DNA of 64,000 nucleotides from Gammaproteobacteria bacterium (GTDB lineage: Bacteria; Pseudomonadota; Gammaproteobacteria; Steroidobacterales; PWYM01): positions 9,775 to 73,774 of the forward strand of contig JAFIFN010000001.1 of NCBI GenBank assembly GCA_020832005.1, in the 5' to 3' direction. Under the pieces are notes generated by a model that did not search any database, was not told the DNA's origin, and worked only from the letters and a program-made list of their open reading frames with translations. Below, one piece after another: positions 36,268 through 44,238 of the stretch. The position numbers and the translations under genes were made by a program. How positions within the stretch are numbered: the first letter of the stretch is position 1; the number at the start of each line of letters is the position of its first letter.

Positions 36268-36708
36268 ATGTCCGCCCACGATCCGCAGCAACTGCACCAA
36301 CCCGAGTCCACGCACAGCGGTGCTGGCGCCGCGCTGCAGCAGTTGCTGACGCTTCTCGAGGCCCTCGAGGACGCGCTCGGGCATGAAGCGAAGGCCCTGG
36401 TAGCTGGAGACATGGCGGCGCTTTCGACGCATACCATCACCAAGCGGGCGCTGCTGCGCGAACTCCAGGGACGCATGAGCCCGAACAGCGTATCTTTTTC
36501 GGGCCAGGATGTGCCGGAACTGCTTGCAAGGCTGCATCGCTGCCATGCGCTGAATCAGTCAACCGGTGCGGCCATCTACAGCGCAATGCGTCACAACGCC
36601 CAGGTGCTGAGCATGCTCGGCTATGACTCCGGCCCGGTCGCATATGCGCCGCACGGCAGCTCATCGACAGGTATCACCCACAGCGGCCGCAGCCTGGCAA
36701 GCGCCTGA
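36268..36708 (+). CDS. flgN: Flagellar chaperone FlgN (FlgK/FlgL-specific)
   Basis: 146 aa, helical. LLTLLEALEDALGHEAKALVAGDMAAL... The ATG directly abuts the flgM stop. Confidence 0.8.
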   Translation: MSAHDPQQLHQPESTHSGAGAALQQLLTLLEALEDALGHEAKALVAGDMAALSTHTITKRALLRELQGRMSPNSVSFSGQDVPELLARLHRCHALNQSTGAAIYSAMRHNAQVLSMLGYDSGPVAYAPHGSSSTGITHSGRSLASA

Positions 36709-36751
36709 CGACGACCTGCCGCAAAGCTTCCGCACCGTCATCGGTGGCTCC

Positions 36752-36778
36752 TCAAGTTAGTACCCCCAGTGCCGATAC
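36752..36778 (+). promoter_or_regulatory. sigma28 promoter of the MCP-PilZ unit: TCAAGTT-N12-GCCGATAC
   Basis: Read directly on the plus strand, with a perfect -10. It lies inside the ORF-track version of the MCP (start 36769), which argues for the ATG at 36814. Confidence 0.8.
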
Positions 36779-36813
36779 CTCTTGCATCACCACCCAACCA
36801 GGTGTTCGCGCTT

Positions 36814-37971
36814 ATGGCAAACAAGGATTCTGTGCTGTTGACCGCAACGCTGGTCGCCGCTTTGGCCGTGGCCAGCCTGCTGGCCATCACCGCCATCTTT
36901 GGCCGCTGGCTGGAAGCTGCGCTTGCTGCGCTTGCGCTGCTGGCAACGGCGGCAGCCCTGTGGCGTACATTGGTTCGGACGTCGGCGTCAAAAGTCTCCC
37001 GCGATCAGGTGATCGAGCTCGTCCGCGGCCTGGATACCGAGCTTGACCAGGACGTCGAGGGCATCGAGCTTGAGATCCACCGCGTACAGAAGCTGATCGC
37101 CGGGGCCGTCGCCGAGCTCTCGGCCAGCTTCACCCGCCTGCACGCCATCGCCCGCTCGCAGGGAGAGCTGCTGGAGCGAAGTCTTGGCACCGGTCCCGAC
37201 AGCCAGGCACAGGACAGTGTCGGTAGCGAGGCGTCGGTGGATGCGCTGCATGGTTTCATGGAGGCGCTTGTGAGTGTCAGCGGGCAGAGCGTTGCCATGG
37301 CGGCCGATACCGAAAATATGCTCACGCACCTGCACGGTATTTTTCGCGTACTCGAAGAAGCACGCAGCCTCGCCGAGCAGACCAACCTGCTGGCGCTGAA
37401 CGCGAGCATCGAGGCCGCCAGGGCTGGCGAGGCCGGTCGCGGGTTTGCGGTAGTCGCCGATGAAGTGCGCAAGCTCTCGCAGCGATCCGCCGAGTTTAAT
37501 GAGCAGATCCGCGAAAGAGTCGAGGAGACACGTGAAGCCGTTGCCCGGGTACAGAACAATGCGCACACACTCGCCTCGTTTGATCTGGAAAAGACCACAG
37601 CCGAGAAGAATCGTATCAGTCGCGCCCTGAAACGTGCCGAGAGCGCGAGGAGTGAGATACGACAGAAACTGATGACAGAGCTCGCCCCCATCAACGAAAA
37701 CCTGCATAGCACTGTGGCCGATGCAGTGCGTTCACTGCAGTTCCAGGACAGCTCCACCCAGGCCCTGACCACCGCTGCTGAAGCGATCTCACGACTTACG
37801 GACCTGCGTGTCGAGGTACAGTCTGCTGTCCGGGGTACATCCGACCCTTTGAGCTGGATCCCGGTCTTGACCGAGAAACTCAGTACTCTGCGAACCCGTC
37901 GCCGCACGCGCATGCGATCGAGGCCTGTGGCCCAGACCTCGATGACGCAAGGCAGCGTCGAGCTTGTCTGA
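36814..37971 (+). CDS. Methyl-accepting chemotaxis protein lacking a periplasmic ligand-binding domain (TM hairpin + MCP signalling domain)
   Basis: 385 aa from ATG 36814 (MANKDSV). Two TM helices are separated by only GRW. The highly conserved tip is [44 protein letters not shown]. Basic C-terminal tail without an NWETF-type pentapeptide. Confidence 0.88.
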   Translation: MANKDSVLLTATLVAALAVASLLAITAIFGRWLEAALAALALLATAAALWRTLVRTSASKVSRDQVIELVRGLDTELDQDVEGIELEIHRVQKLIAGAVAELSASFTRLHAIARSQGELLERSLGTGPDSQAQDSVGSEASVDALHGFMEALVSVSGQSVAMAADTENMLTHLHGIFRVLEEARSLAEQTNLLALNASIEAARAGEAGRGFAVVADEVRKLSQRSAEFNEQIRERVEETREAVARVQNNAHTLASFDLEKTTAEKNRISRALKRAESARSEIRQKLMTELAPINENLHSTVADAVRSLQFQDSSTQALTTAAEAISRLTDLRVEVQSAVRGTSDPLSWIPVLTEKLSTLRTRRRTRMRSRPVAQTSMTQGSVELV

Positions 37972-37999
37972 TCGTTCACATACTTCGACGGCAAGCCAC

Positions 38000-38659
38000 A
38001 TGACAATCACTCTCCCGCAGATCGGTACACGCATGAGTGTCGAGAGCGCGCACCTGTCCGGGCGTTTCTGGTCGACGCTGATCGGCTACCGAAAGGGCAG
38101 TTATGTCATGCTCGAGACACCAGAGACAAAAATCCCGCCCGGTCTCAGCGTGGCGTTCTCAGAACAGGATGTGCTTACTATCCGGTACGTAGAAAACGGT
38201 ACCGTCGTAGGCTTCCGTACGCCGGTGCTCGGGCGCATACGCGCCCCCGTAATGCTGATCGTCGCGGCATATCCTCACCATGTCCATACGCATGCGCTGC
38301 GTCAGCACCCCAGGTTGAGCTGTTACCTGCCCTGCCATGGACGGATAGGCGAACATGTTTTCACTCGCGCAATCCTGCGCGATGTCAGTGTTCACGGCTG
38401 CCAGCTGCGCATCCCGGTGGAAAACCTGCCCCCGGAAGGCAAACAGAAGTTACTGGAGGGCGAGATCGAAATCGAGCTGGCCCTGCTGGGCGAACACGGG
38501 TCGAATACTATCGATCAGTGCATCAACGGACGCGTGGTGGGCCTGGAGTCGCAACGCGGCTATGCCATGTTGCGCGTCCATACCGATGCTGATCTCAACG
38601 AACTGATGAGCTATCTGAGCGCCTTCACTGCCCGCATCGAGTTCAGCTCCACCGCTTAG
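38000..38659 (+). CDS. YcgR/FlgZ-type PilZ-domain protein (c-di-GMP-dependent flagellar brake family)
   Basis: YcgR-N-like domain (GRFWSTLIGYRKGSYVMLETPE) followed by a PilZ domain with RxxxR (LRQHPR) and DxSxxG (RDVSVHGC). The first ATG is at 38000. The ORF track uses TTG 37964, which would overlap the MCP stop by 8 nt. Confidence 0.8.
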   Translation: MTITLPQIGTRMSVESAHLSGRFWSTLIGYRKGSYVMLETPETKIPPGLSVAFSEQDVLTIRYVENGTVVGFRTPVLGRIRAPVMLIVAAYPHHVHTHALRQHPRLSCYLPCHGRIGEHVFTRAILRDVSVHGCQLRIPVENLPPEGKQKLLEGEIEIELALLGEHGSNTIDQCINGRVVGLESQRGYAMLRVHTDADLNELMSYLSAFTARIEFSSTA

Positions 38660-38672
38660 CCAACCTGCCCCC

Positions 38673-39569
38673 TCACTCGGCTGCGCACTCCTGTGTAGCC
38701 AAGGCCAGGATGTCATCGCCAACGCTTGGATCCAGCCCGAGCGCGTGCATGTCCAGCGGGTTCGCCGGTGCGAGATCGGCCGCAAAGCTGCCAGGCAGTC
38801 GGCCAGAAAGCTGGTCAGCCAAGGCGATGATCCGCGCCAGGAGACCCGACGCATCGTCGCTGAATTGCGCCTCGTGATGACCTGCTACCAGGGAGACAGT
38901 CCAGTCGGGAAACTTCCAGGTCCGCAGCGCCGCCGCCCCGACCTGTGCGTGATCCATGCCAAGATGCGCACGCTCACTCGCAAGATAACCGTCGGGCTCA
39001 TGAGACACGGCAGTCACCACGTCGCAGAAGCCCTGGCGATCGAGCTGGATCATCACGATATGACCGACATCATGCAGCAACCCCCCAAGAAAGGCGCGCT
39101 GTGGGTCAACCCCCGGCACGTGCAGCGCAAGGCGGCGCGCGACAGCGGCCGTGGTCCTGGCATGCATCCAGAGGCAGCGGGCGTCGAAACGCTCGCACAA
39201 CCTGCCCTGTTTGAAAAGCCGCCTCAGCGTCGCGGCGTAAATGAGGTTCCGCAGGGCTTCGAATCCAAGCACGCGCAGCGCCTGGTGCAGGGACTCGACC
39301 TGCCGGGAAAGCCCGTAGAACGGTGAATTCGCCACTGCCAGCACATTGCTGGACAAAGCCACATCCTGCTTGAGCAGTTGCAGGACACGAAGATCCGAAA
39401 TATCCGGATCACGCATCTCCGCCATCAGCTGGGCTGCGAAATCGCCGATCGTCGGCAACCGCCTTGCACGGAAGTTACCAGTGCTGTCAAACGCTGCGGC
39501 CAGACCCTGTCGCGGTGACCGGCGAGGCGTTTCCGCTGGCGCCTGGCTACCGGGAAGCTCCCCATTCAT
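38673..39569 (-). CDS. HDOD domain protein (paralogue 2)
   Basis: LLKQDVALSSNVLAVANSPFYGLSRQVESLHQALRVLGFEALRNL...GGLLHDVGHIVM is the HDOD pattern. ATG 39569 (GGAGGCGGAAG upstream) is preferred; the ORF-track start 39620 would overlap the upstream paralogue by 23 nt. Confidence 0.8.
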   Translation of the reverse strand: MNGELPGSQAPAETPRRSPRQGLAAAFDSTGNFRARRLPTIGDFAAQLMAEMRDPDISDLRVLQLLKQDVALSSNVLAVANSPFYGLSRQVESLHQALRVLGFEALRNLIYAATLRRLFKQGRLCERFDARCLWMHARTTAAVARRLALHVPGVDPQRAFLGGLLHDVGHIVMIQLDRQGFCDVVTAVSHEPDGYLASERAHLGMDHAQVGAAALRTWKFPDWTVSLVAGHHEAQFSDDASGLLARIIALADQLSGRLPGSFAADLAPANPLDMHALGLDPSVGDDILALATQECAAE

Positions 39570-39597
39570 ACCACTTCCGCCTCCACATCCTGGTTTA

Positions 39598-40521
39598 TCA
39601 ATGACCATTGGCGAATTCACCCTGCAGCCTTCCCAGTTCAGCCCTGACCTGCTGTTGCAGGGCCTGCCGTCGAGTCCACCGGAAGTTCAGACAGCTCAGC
39701 AGTTCTACATCCGGCACGCCGGGTTCGGAAGTGAACTGCAGACCGATACCCGAATCGCATACCAGGCAATCGGCCAGCGCCACGACGCCCACCAGGGCCC
39801 GCACGCCCGAAGGCTGTGCCATGGGCTCATGGTGGTGTCGGACAGCTTCCACTATGCCTTCCGGCAGGCGCCATCCGGCCAGTACCTCGGCGGCGATCTG
39901 AGCATGGTCGGCGCCGAAGGCCTGGCGCTCGAGTTTAATCCAGCCGCGCGGACCCGTGGGGCCCGGCCCGGCACGGCCTTCGGCGACCAGCCCACACAGC
40001 GTCTCGAACTCGCCGTAGAGTTGCAGCAGCAAGCCGAAGTCGTGCAGCAGGCCAGCGAGGAAAGCATCCTCGGGCGCAAGTCTGGGGTGGGTGGCCGCAA
40101 GCATACGTGCCGTGACCGCGACACCCAGGCAGTGTGTCAGTACATCCGAGGCGGAAAATCCGGAGCCTATGCTGGGCAGACTGGGCATGCGATAGCAGCT
40201 GGCTGCCAGCGCGATCCCACGAATCGTCGGCAGCCCGAGGACGACCACAGCGCGCTCGATCGAGGAGATCGTACGGGGTTGGCCATAGTAGGCACTGTTG
40301 ACCACCTTGAGCACGCGAGCAGCCAGCGAGACATCCCGGCTGATGATACGGCTGATGCTGGCAGCACTGCCATGCTCACCGGCCAGTGTGCCGATGAGTT
40401 CGGCAATCGACACGTCGACACAGGGCAGGCGTGCAGCCATCCGGGCAATACGTTCATTGCAGCCCGGGGGTGGTACTGCCATGGCGTCTGCGCCGTTCGA
40501 GCCTGGATTCGATGCGTGCAT
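39598..40521 (-). CDS. HDOD domain protein (paralogue 1)
   Basis: 307 aa. SRIISRDVSLAARVLKVVNSAYYGQPRTISSIERAVVVLGLPTIRGI...AGLLHDFGLLLQL. Begins 23 nt after the motB stop. Confidence 0.8.
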   Translation of the reverse strand: MHASNPGSNGADAMAVPPPGCNERIARMAARLPCVDVSIAELIGTLAGEHGSAASISRIISRDVSLAARVLKVVNSAYYGQPRTISSIERAVVVLGLPTIRGIALAASCYRMPSLPSIGSGFSASDVLTHCLGVAVTARMLAATHPRLAPEDAFLAGLLHDFGLLLQLYGEFETLCGLVAEGRAGPGPTGPRGWIKLERQAFGADHAQIAAEVLAGWRLPEGIVEAVRHHHEPMAQPSGVRALVGVVALADCLVCDSGIGLQFTSEPGVPDVELLSCLNFRWTRRQALQQQVRAELGRLQGEFANGH

Positions 40522-40544
40522 GACTTGTGACCGCGGTCCGCGCC

Positions 40545-41387
40545 CTATTCGAGCGCGACCAGCCCCTGTGCGGCGGCGCGCATCGCCGCTTCCGCCTGGT
40601 CGTTGAGTACCAGGATCGAGATGCGTCGATTGATGGGGTGCTCGGGACGATCCTCGAGCAACGGCACCGTCGAGCCCAGGCCTACGACCCGGCCGAGTTT
40701 CGTTTCATCCAGCCCGCCGCCAACGAGGGCGCGTCTGGCCGCGTTGGCCCGGTCTACCGACAGTTCCCAGTTGCTGTAGCCGGGCCGGTTCAGCGGCAGG
40801 GCGTCGGTGTGGCCGGAGATGCTGATGCGGTTACGCACCTTGTTCAAGGTGACCGCGAGCTCCCCGATCAGGGACTCAGCGTAGCCCTCCAGCGTGGCAC
40901 TGCCCAGCGCGAACATCGAGCGACGTTCCTGGTCGACAATCTGGATACGCAGACCCTCGGGCGTGATGTCGATCAGCAGATGCTCGGCATACTGAGTCAT
41001 CGACGCCTTTTCGCGCAGGGCAAGCTCTAGCTCTTCGCGCAGCGCCTCGAGCGCGGACCGGTTGTCCTCGGCGACCATCGCCTGATCGTTTGCCTCGCGT
41101 GGCAACTCCATGCTGCCGCCAAGATCAATGACCGCGCTGCTGGGTCCACCATCACCCAGGGAGGCCGCTGCCGGCGGCATCGTACTCGTGCCCATGACGG
41201 CCGAAGGATTGTTGAAGAACTCCGAGATCGCACCCTTCTGGGCCTCATCGGTGGAAGCCATCAGCCACAACAGCAGGAAAAACGCCATCATCGCAGTGGC
41301 GAAATCGGCAAAGGCCACTTTCCAGGAGCCGCCGTGATGGCCATCGACCTTGTAGATCCGCTTGATGACAATGGGCTGGGCACTCAT
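40545..41387 (-). CDS. motB: Flagellar stator protein MotB
   Basis: 280 aa. GGSWKVAFADFATAMMAFFLLLWLM, with the conserved proton-channel Asp, and a C-terminal OmpA-like peptidoglycan-binding domain (ISISGHTDALP...NWELSVDRANAARRAL). Confidence 0.93.
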   Translation of the reverse strand: MSAQPIVIKRIYKVDGHHGGSWKVAFADFATAMMAFFLLLWLMASTDEAQKGAISEFFNNPSAVMGTSTMPPAAASLGDGGPSSAVIDLGGSMELPREANDQAMVAEDNRSALEALREELELALREKASMTQYAEHLLIDITPEGLRIQIVDQERRSMFALGSATLEGYAESLIGELAVTLNKVRNRISISGHTDALPLNRPGYSNWELSVDRANAARRALVGGGLDETKLGRVVGLGSTVPLLEDRPEHPINRRISILVLNDQAEAAMRAAAQGLVALE

Positions 41388-41405
41388 GCTGACAAGGCTC
41401 CGTAA

Positions 41406-42275
41406 TCAGGCCGCAGCCGCCGCAGGGGCGCCCTTGAGTTCCTGTTCCAGCTCTTCGAAGTTGGGGCGAATCTCCGGCGGGATCGCCTTACGACCGAATT
41501 CGACCGCGACCTTGGGTGCATACCCGCGCAGGCTCGCCAGGATGCAGGTCTTGATGGTGGCGTAGTACTGGGTCTCCTCTTCGCCCTGGCGGCTCAGCGC
41601 GGTGGCCAGCGGACCCACAAAACCGTAGGCCAGCAGAATCCCGAGAAAACTGCCGACCAGCGCCGCCGCCACCATCTTGCCGATCTCCTCGATCGGCCCG
41701 CCAAGCGCACCCATCGTGTTCACGATGCCAAGCACGGCTGCCACGATCCCGAAGCCGGGAAGCGCATCGGCGACACGATTGACGGCATGGCCGGGCTCGG
41801 CGGCTTCATGATGATGGCTGTCGAGTTCGATATCCATCAGGTTTTCAAGCTGGAAGGCATCCATATCGCCACTGATGATCAGCCGCATGTAGTCGCGTAT
41901 GAAAGTGACGGCGTGATGGTCCTTGAGCAGGCCTGGATAGGCCTGAAAGAGCTCGCTGCTGTCTGGGTCGTCAATATCCGCCTCGATGGCGAGCATGCCG
42001 TCTTTGCGAGCCTTGGTGAACAGCGCGAACATGAAACGCAGCAACTCGACATAGTCCGGGCGTTTGTAGCGTGGGCCTTTCATCATCGCCGGAATGGCTT
42101 TCAGGACCTTGAACACCGTCGCCTTGGGATTGGCGATCACGAAAGCACCTATTGCCGCACCGCCGATAATCACAAGCTCGTAGGGCTGCCAGATCGCCAG
42201 CAGCTGGCCGCCATGAGCCATGAAGCCGCCGAATACACAGACGATGACAACGATACTGCCGATGATCAGATTCAT
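41406..42275 (-). CDS. motA: Flagellar stator protein MotA
   Basis: 289 aa with four TM segments. MotA/TolQ/ExbB channel block ...GPIEEIGKMVAAALVGSFLGILLAYGFVGPL. Confidence 0.93.
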   Translation of the reverse strand: MNLIIGSIVVIVCVFGGFMAHGGQLLAIWQPYELVIIGGAAIGAFVIANPKATVFKVLKAIPAMMKGPRYKRPDYVELLRFMFALFTKARKDGMLAIEADIDDPDSSELFQAYPGLLKDHHAVTFIRDYMRLIISGDMDAFQLENLMDIELDSHHHEAAEPGHAVNRVADALPGFGIVAAVLGIVNTMGALGGPIEEIGKMVAAALVGSFLGILLAYGFVGPLATALSRQGEEETQYYATIKTCILASLRGYAPKVAVEFGRKAIPPEIRPNFEELEQELKGAPAAAAA

Positions 42276-42407
42276 ACCTGGCGTGCTTCCCGCGCAATCG
42301 TATGGGTCCCGGGCACCGCAAGGCGGGGCCTGCGGCTCTCAATGGCGGGAAAAGCCGGCCGGCCAGGCAGCGAACGGGCGCAACCGGGCAGCATCCCACC
42401 TTGCGCT

Positions 42408-42434
42408 ATGTCGACAGGCGGGCGACGAACTTGA
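42408..42434 (-). promoter_or_regulatory. Probable sigma28 promoter of motAB-HDOD-HDOD: TCAAGTT-N12-GTCGACAT
   Basis: Reverse complement of atgtcgac-N15-ttga, ~135 nt upstream of the motA ATG. It shares the extended TCAAGTT -35 with the other sites, and the -10 has 2 mismatches. The -35 lies in a 13-bp palindrome, CTTGAG-A-CTCAAG. Confidence 0.55.
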
Positions 42435-42464
42435 GACTCAAGCTTCGCGAGACGGGACCTCGCC

Positions 42465-43217
42465 TCAGAGTGCTGCCCGCACCCGGGCGAGATCTTCCGG
42501 CGTATCGACACCGCCTGGCGGCACCTCGCAGGCATCGGCGACCTGGATACGCAGACCCATCCACAGGGCGCGCAGCTGCTCGAGCTTCTCGAGCTGCTCG
42601 AGCTCACAGGGCGGTGCCGCGGCCAGTCTTTGCAGGGCGGCAACGCGGTAGGCATAGATGCCGACGTGTCGGCGATGCACGGCGAGCGCTGCGGCCTGTT
42701 CGGCATCGCGCGGGTAAGGGATGACGGCACGACTGAAATACAGCGCCCGGCCATCGGCGGCAGTGACCAGCTTGACCACATTCGGGTCGGCGAGCTCATC
42801 GCTGCCCGCCAGTGGCGCCGCCAGCGTCGCGATCGCCACGTCGGCAGACACACGCGCAAGCTCGGCCACCTGTGCAATGACTGCCGGGGGAATCAGCGGC
42901 TCGTCGCCCTGCACATTCACGACCACGCAGGCAGCGGGCCATTCAAGACGCCTGGCCACCTCGGCGACACGGTCGGTGCCCGATACGTGGCTGGCATCGG
43001 TGAACAGTACATTGGCACCAAAGCCGCGGGCGGCCCGTTCGATACGTTCGTCGTCGGTGGCAATCCAGACCTCGGCTGCGCCGCTGTCGCAGGCACGTCG
43101 CCAGACGTGCTCGATCATGGGCCGACCGGCCAGCGCCAGCAGCGGCTTGCCGGGCAGTCGCACGGAAGCATAGCGCGCAGGAATGACGACCCGAAAATCC
43201 GCATGCGCCTCAATCAT
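42465..43217 (-). CDS. kdsB: 3-deoxy-manno-octulosonate cytidylyltransferase (CMP-KDO synthetase)
   Basis: FRVVIPARYASVRLPGKPL... ATG 43217 behind GAGGAG. 8-nt overlap with the lpxK stop. Confidence 0.92.
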   Translation of the reverse strand: MIEAHADFRVVIPARYASVRLPGKPLLALAGRPMIEHVWRRACDSGAAEVWIATDDERIERAARGFGANVLFTDASHVSGTDRVAEVARRLEWPAACVVVNVQGDEPLIPPAVIAQVAELARVSADVAIATLAAPLAGSDELADPNVVKLVTAADGRALYFSRAVIPYPRDAEQAAALAVHRRHVGIYAYRVAALQRLAAAPPCELEQLEKLEQLRALWMGLRIQVADACEVPPGGVDTPEDLARVRAAL

Positions 43218-44232
43218 CGCAAGCTCCTCGCGTACACCCCGCACGCGTACTCGCCATCACGGCATCGAGCAGCGCTGCCCCGTCGCCTGCCGAGAACTGC
43301 GCCTGCACAGGCAGATACCAGTGCCTGGGCAGGCTCATGGCATGGCACTTCACGGCATCTTTCTCCGTCATGACGACAGGATGATCATCATCAAACAGCA
43401 GGTCGCCGGCGCGCAGTTTCGCATGGTCGGCCAGCGGATGGGCCAGCACCTGCACCCCGGCCTGCTCCAGCGTGGCGAAAAAGCGCTGCGGGTTGCCAAT
43501 GCCGGCCACGGCGTGCACCGTCTGGCCGCGCAGACGCTCAAGGGGCATGTTCGGGCTACCGGAGAGCGAAACCAGGTCTCCGGGCACCAGCTGCATGTGC
43601 ACACTGCCTGCCGGCATCCAGGCCTCACGCTGCGCACCATTGACGACGAGCGCATCGACTTCGCCCAGGCGTGCAACGGGTTCGCGCAATGGCCCGGCCG
43701 GCAGACACAGGCCATTGCCCAGACCACGCTCACCGTCCACCACGACGATCTCCATGGCCCGCGCCATGGCGTAGTGCTGCAGCCCGTCGTCGCTGATTGC
43801 AAGCGCCACCCCTTCCTCTCCAAGCCGCCGCACGGCCGCAGAGCGATCAACACACACGACAACCGGCACGCCCGTGCGTCGTGAGATCAGCAGCGGCTCA
43901 TCGCCGACCTCCGCCGCCGAGTCGCTGCCGGCAAGCAGCCTTGGCTGACGCAGCTCACGACCACCGTAGCCGCGACTGACGACGCCCACGTGCACCTGGC
44001 GTGCGCGCAACTGCTCGACAAGCCAGATCACCAAAGGGGTCTTGCCGGTACCACCGACACTGATATTGCCCACGACCACCACGGGCACCCGGGCTGCGCC
44101 ATCGAGCGGTCCGCGGCGCAGGTATCGCCTGCGCCGGAGGCTCACGACGACGATGAACAGCAAGGACACGGGCCACAGTGCCCAGCGCCAGGCACTGCGT
44201 CCATACCACAGTCGCGCCAGCCAGCCCGGCAC
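43210..44232 (-). CDS. lpxK: Tetraacyldisaccharide 4'-kinase
   Basis: 340 aa. VVVVGNISVGGTGKTPLVIWLVEQL P-loop typical of LpxK. Confidence 0.92.
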   Translation of the reverse strand: MPGWLARLWYGRSAWRWALWPVSLLFIVVVSLRRRRYLRRGPLDGAARVPVVVVGNISVGGTGKTPLVIWLVEQLRARQVHVGVVSRGYGGRELRQPRLLAGSDSAAEVGDEPLLISRRTGVPVVVCVDRSAAVRRLGEEGVALAISDDGLQHYAMARAMEIVVVDGERGLGNGLCLPAGPLREPVARLGEVDALVVNGAQREAWMPAGSVHMQLVPGDLVSLSGSPNMPLERLRGQTVHAVAGIGNPQRFFATLEQAGVQVLAHPLADHAKLRAGDLLFDDDHPVVMTEKDAVKCHAMSLPRHWYLPVQAQFSAGDGAALLDAVMASTRAGCTRGACDD

Positions 44233-44238
44233 CGGGGC

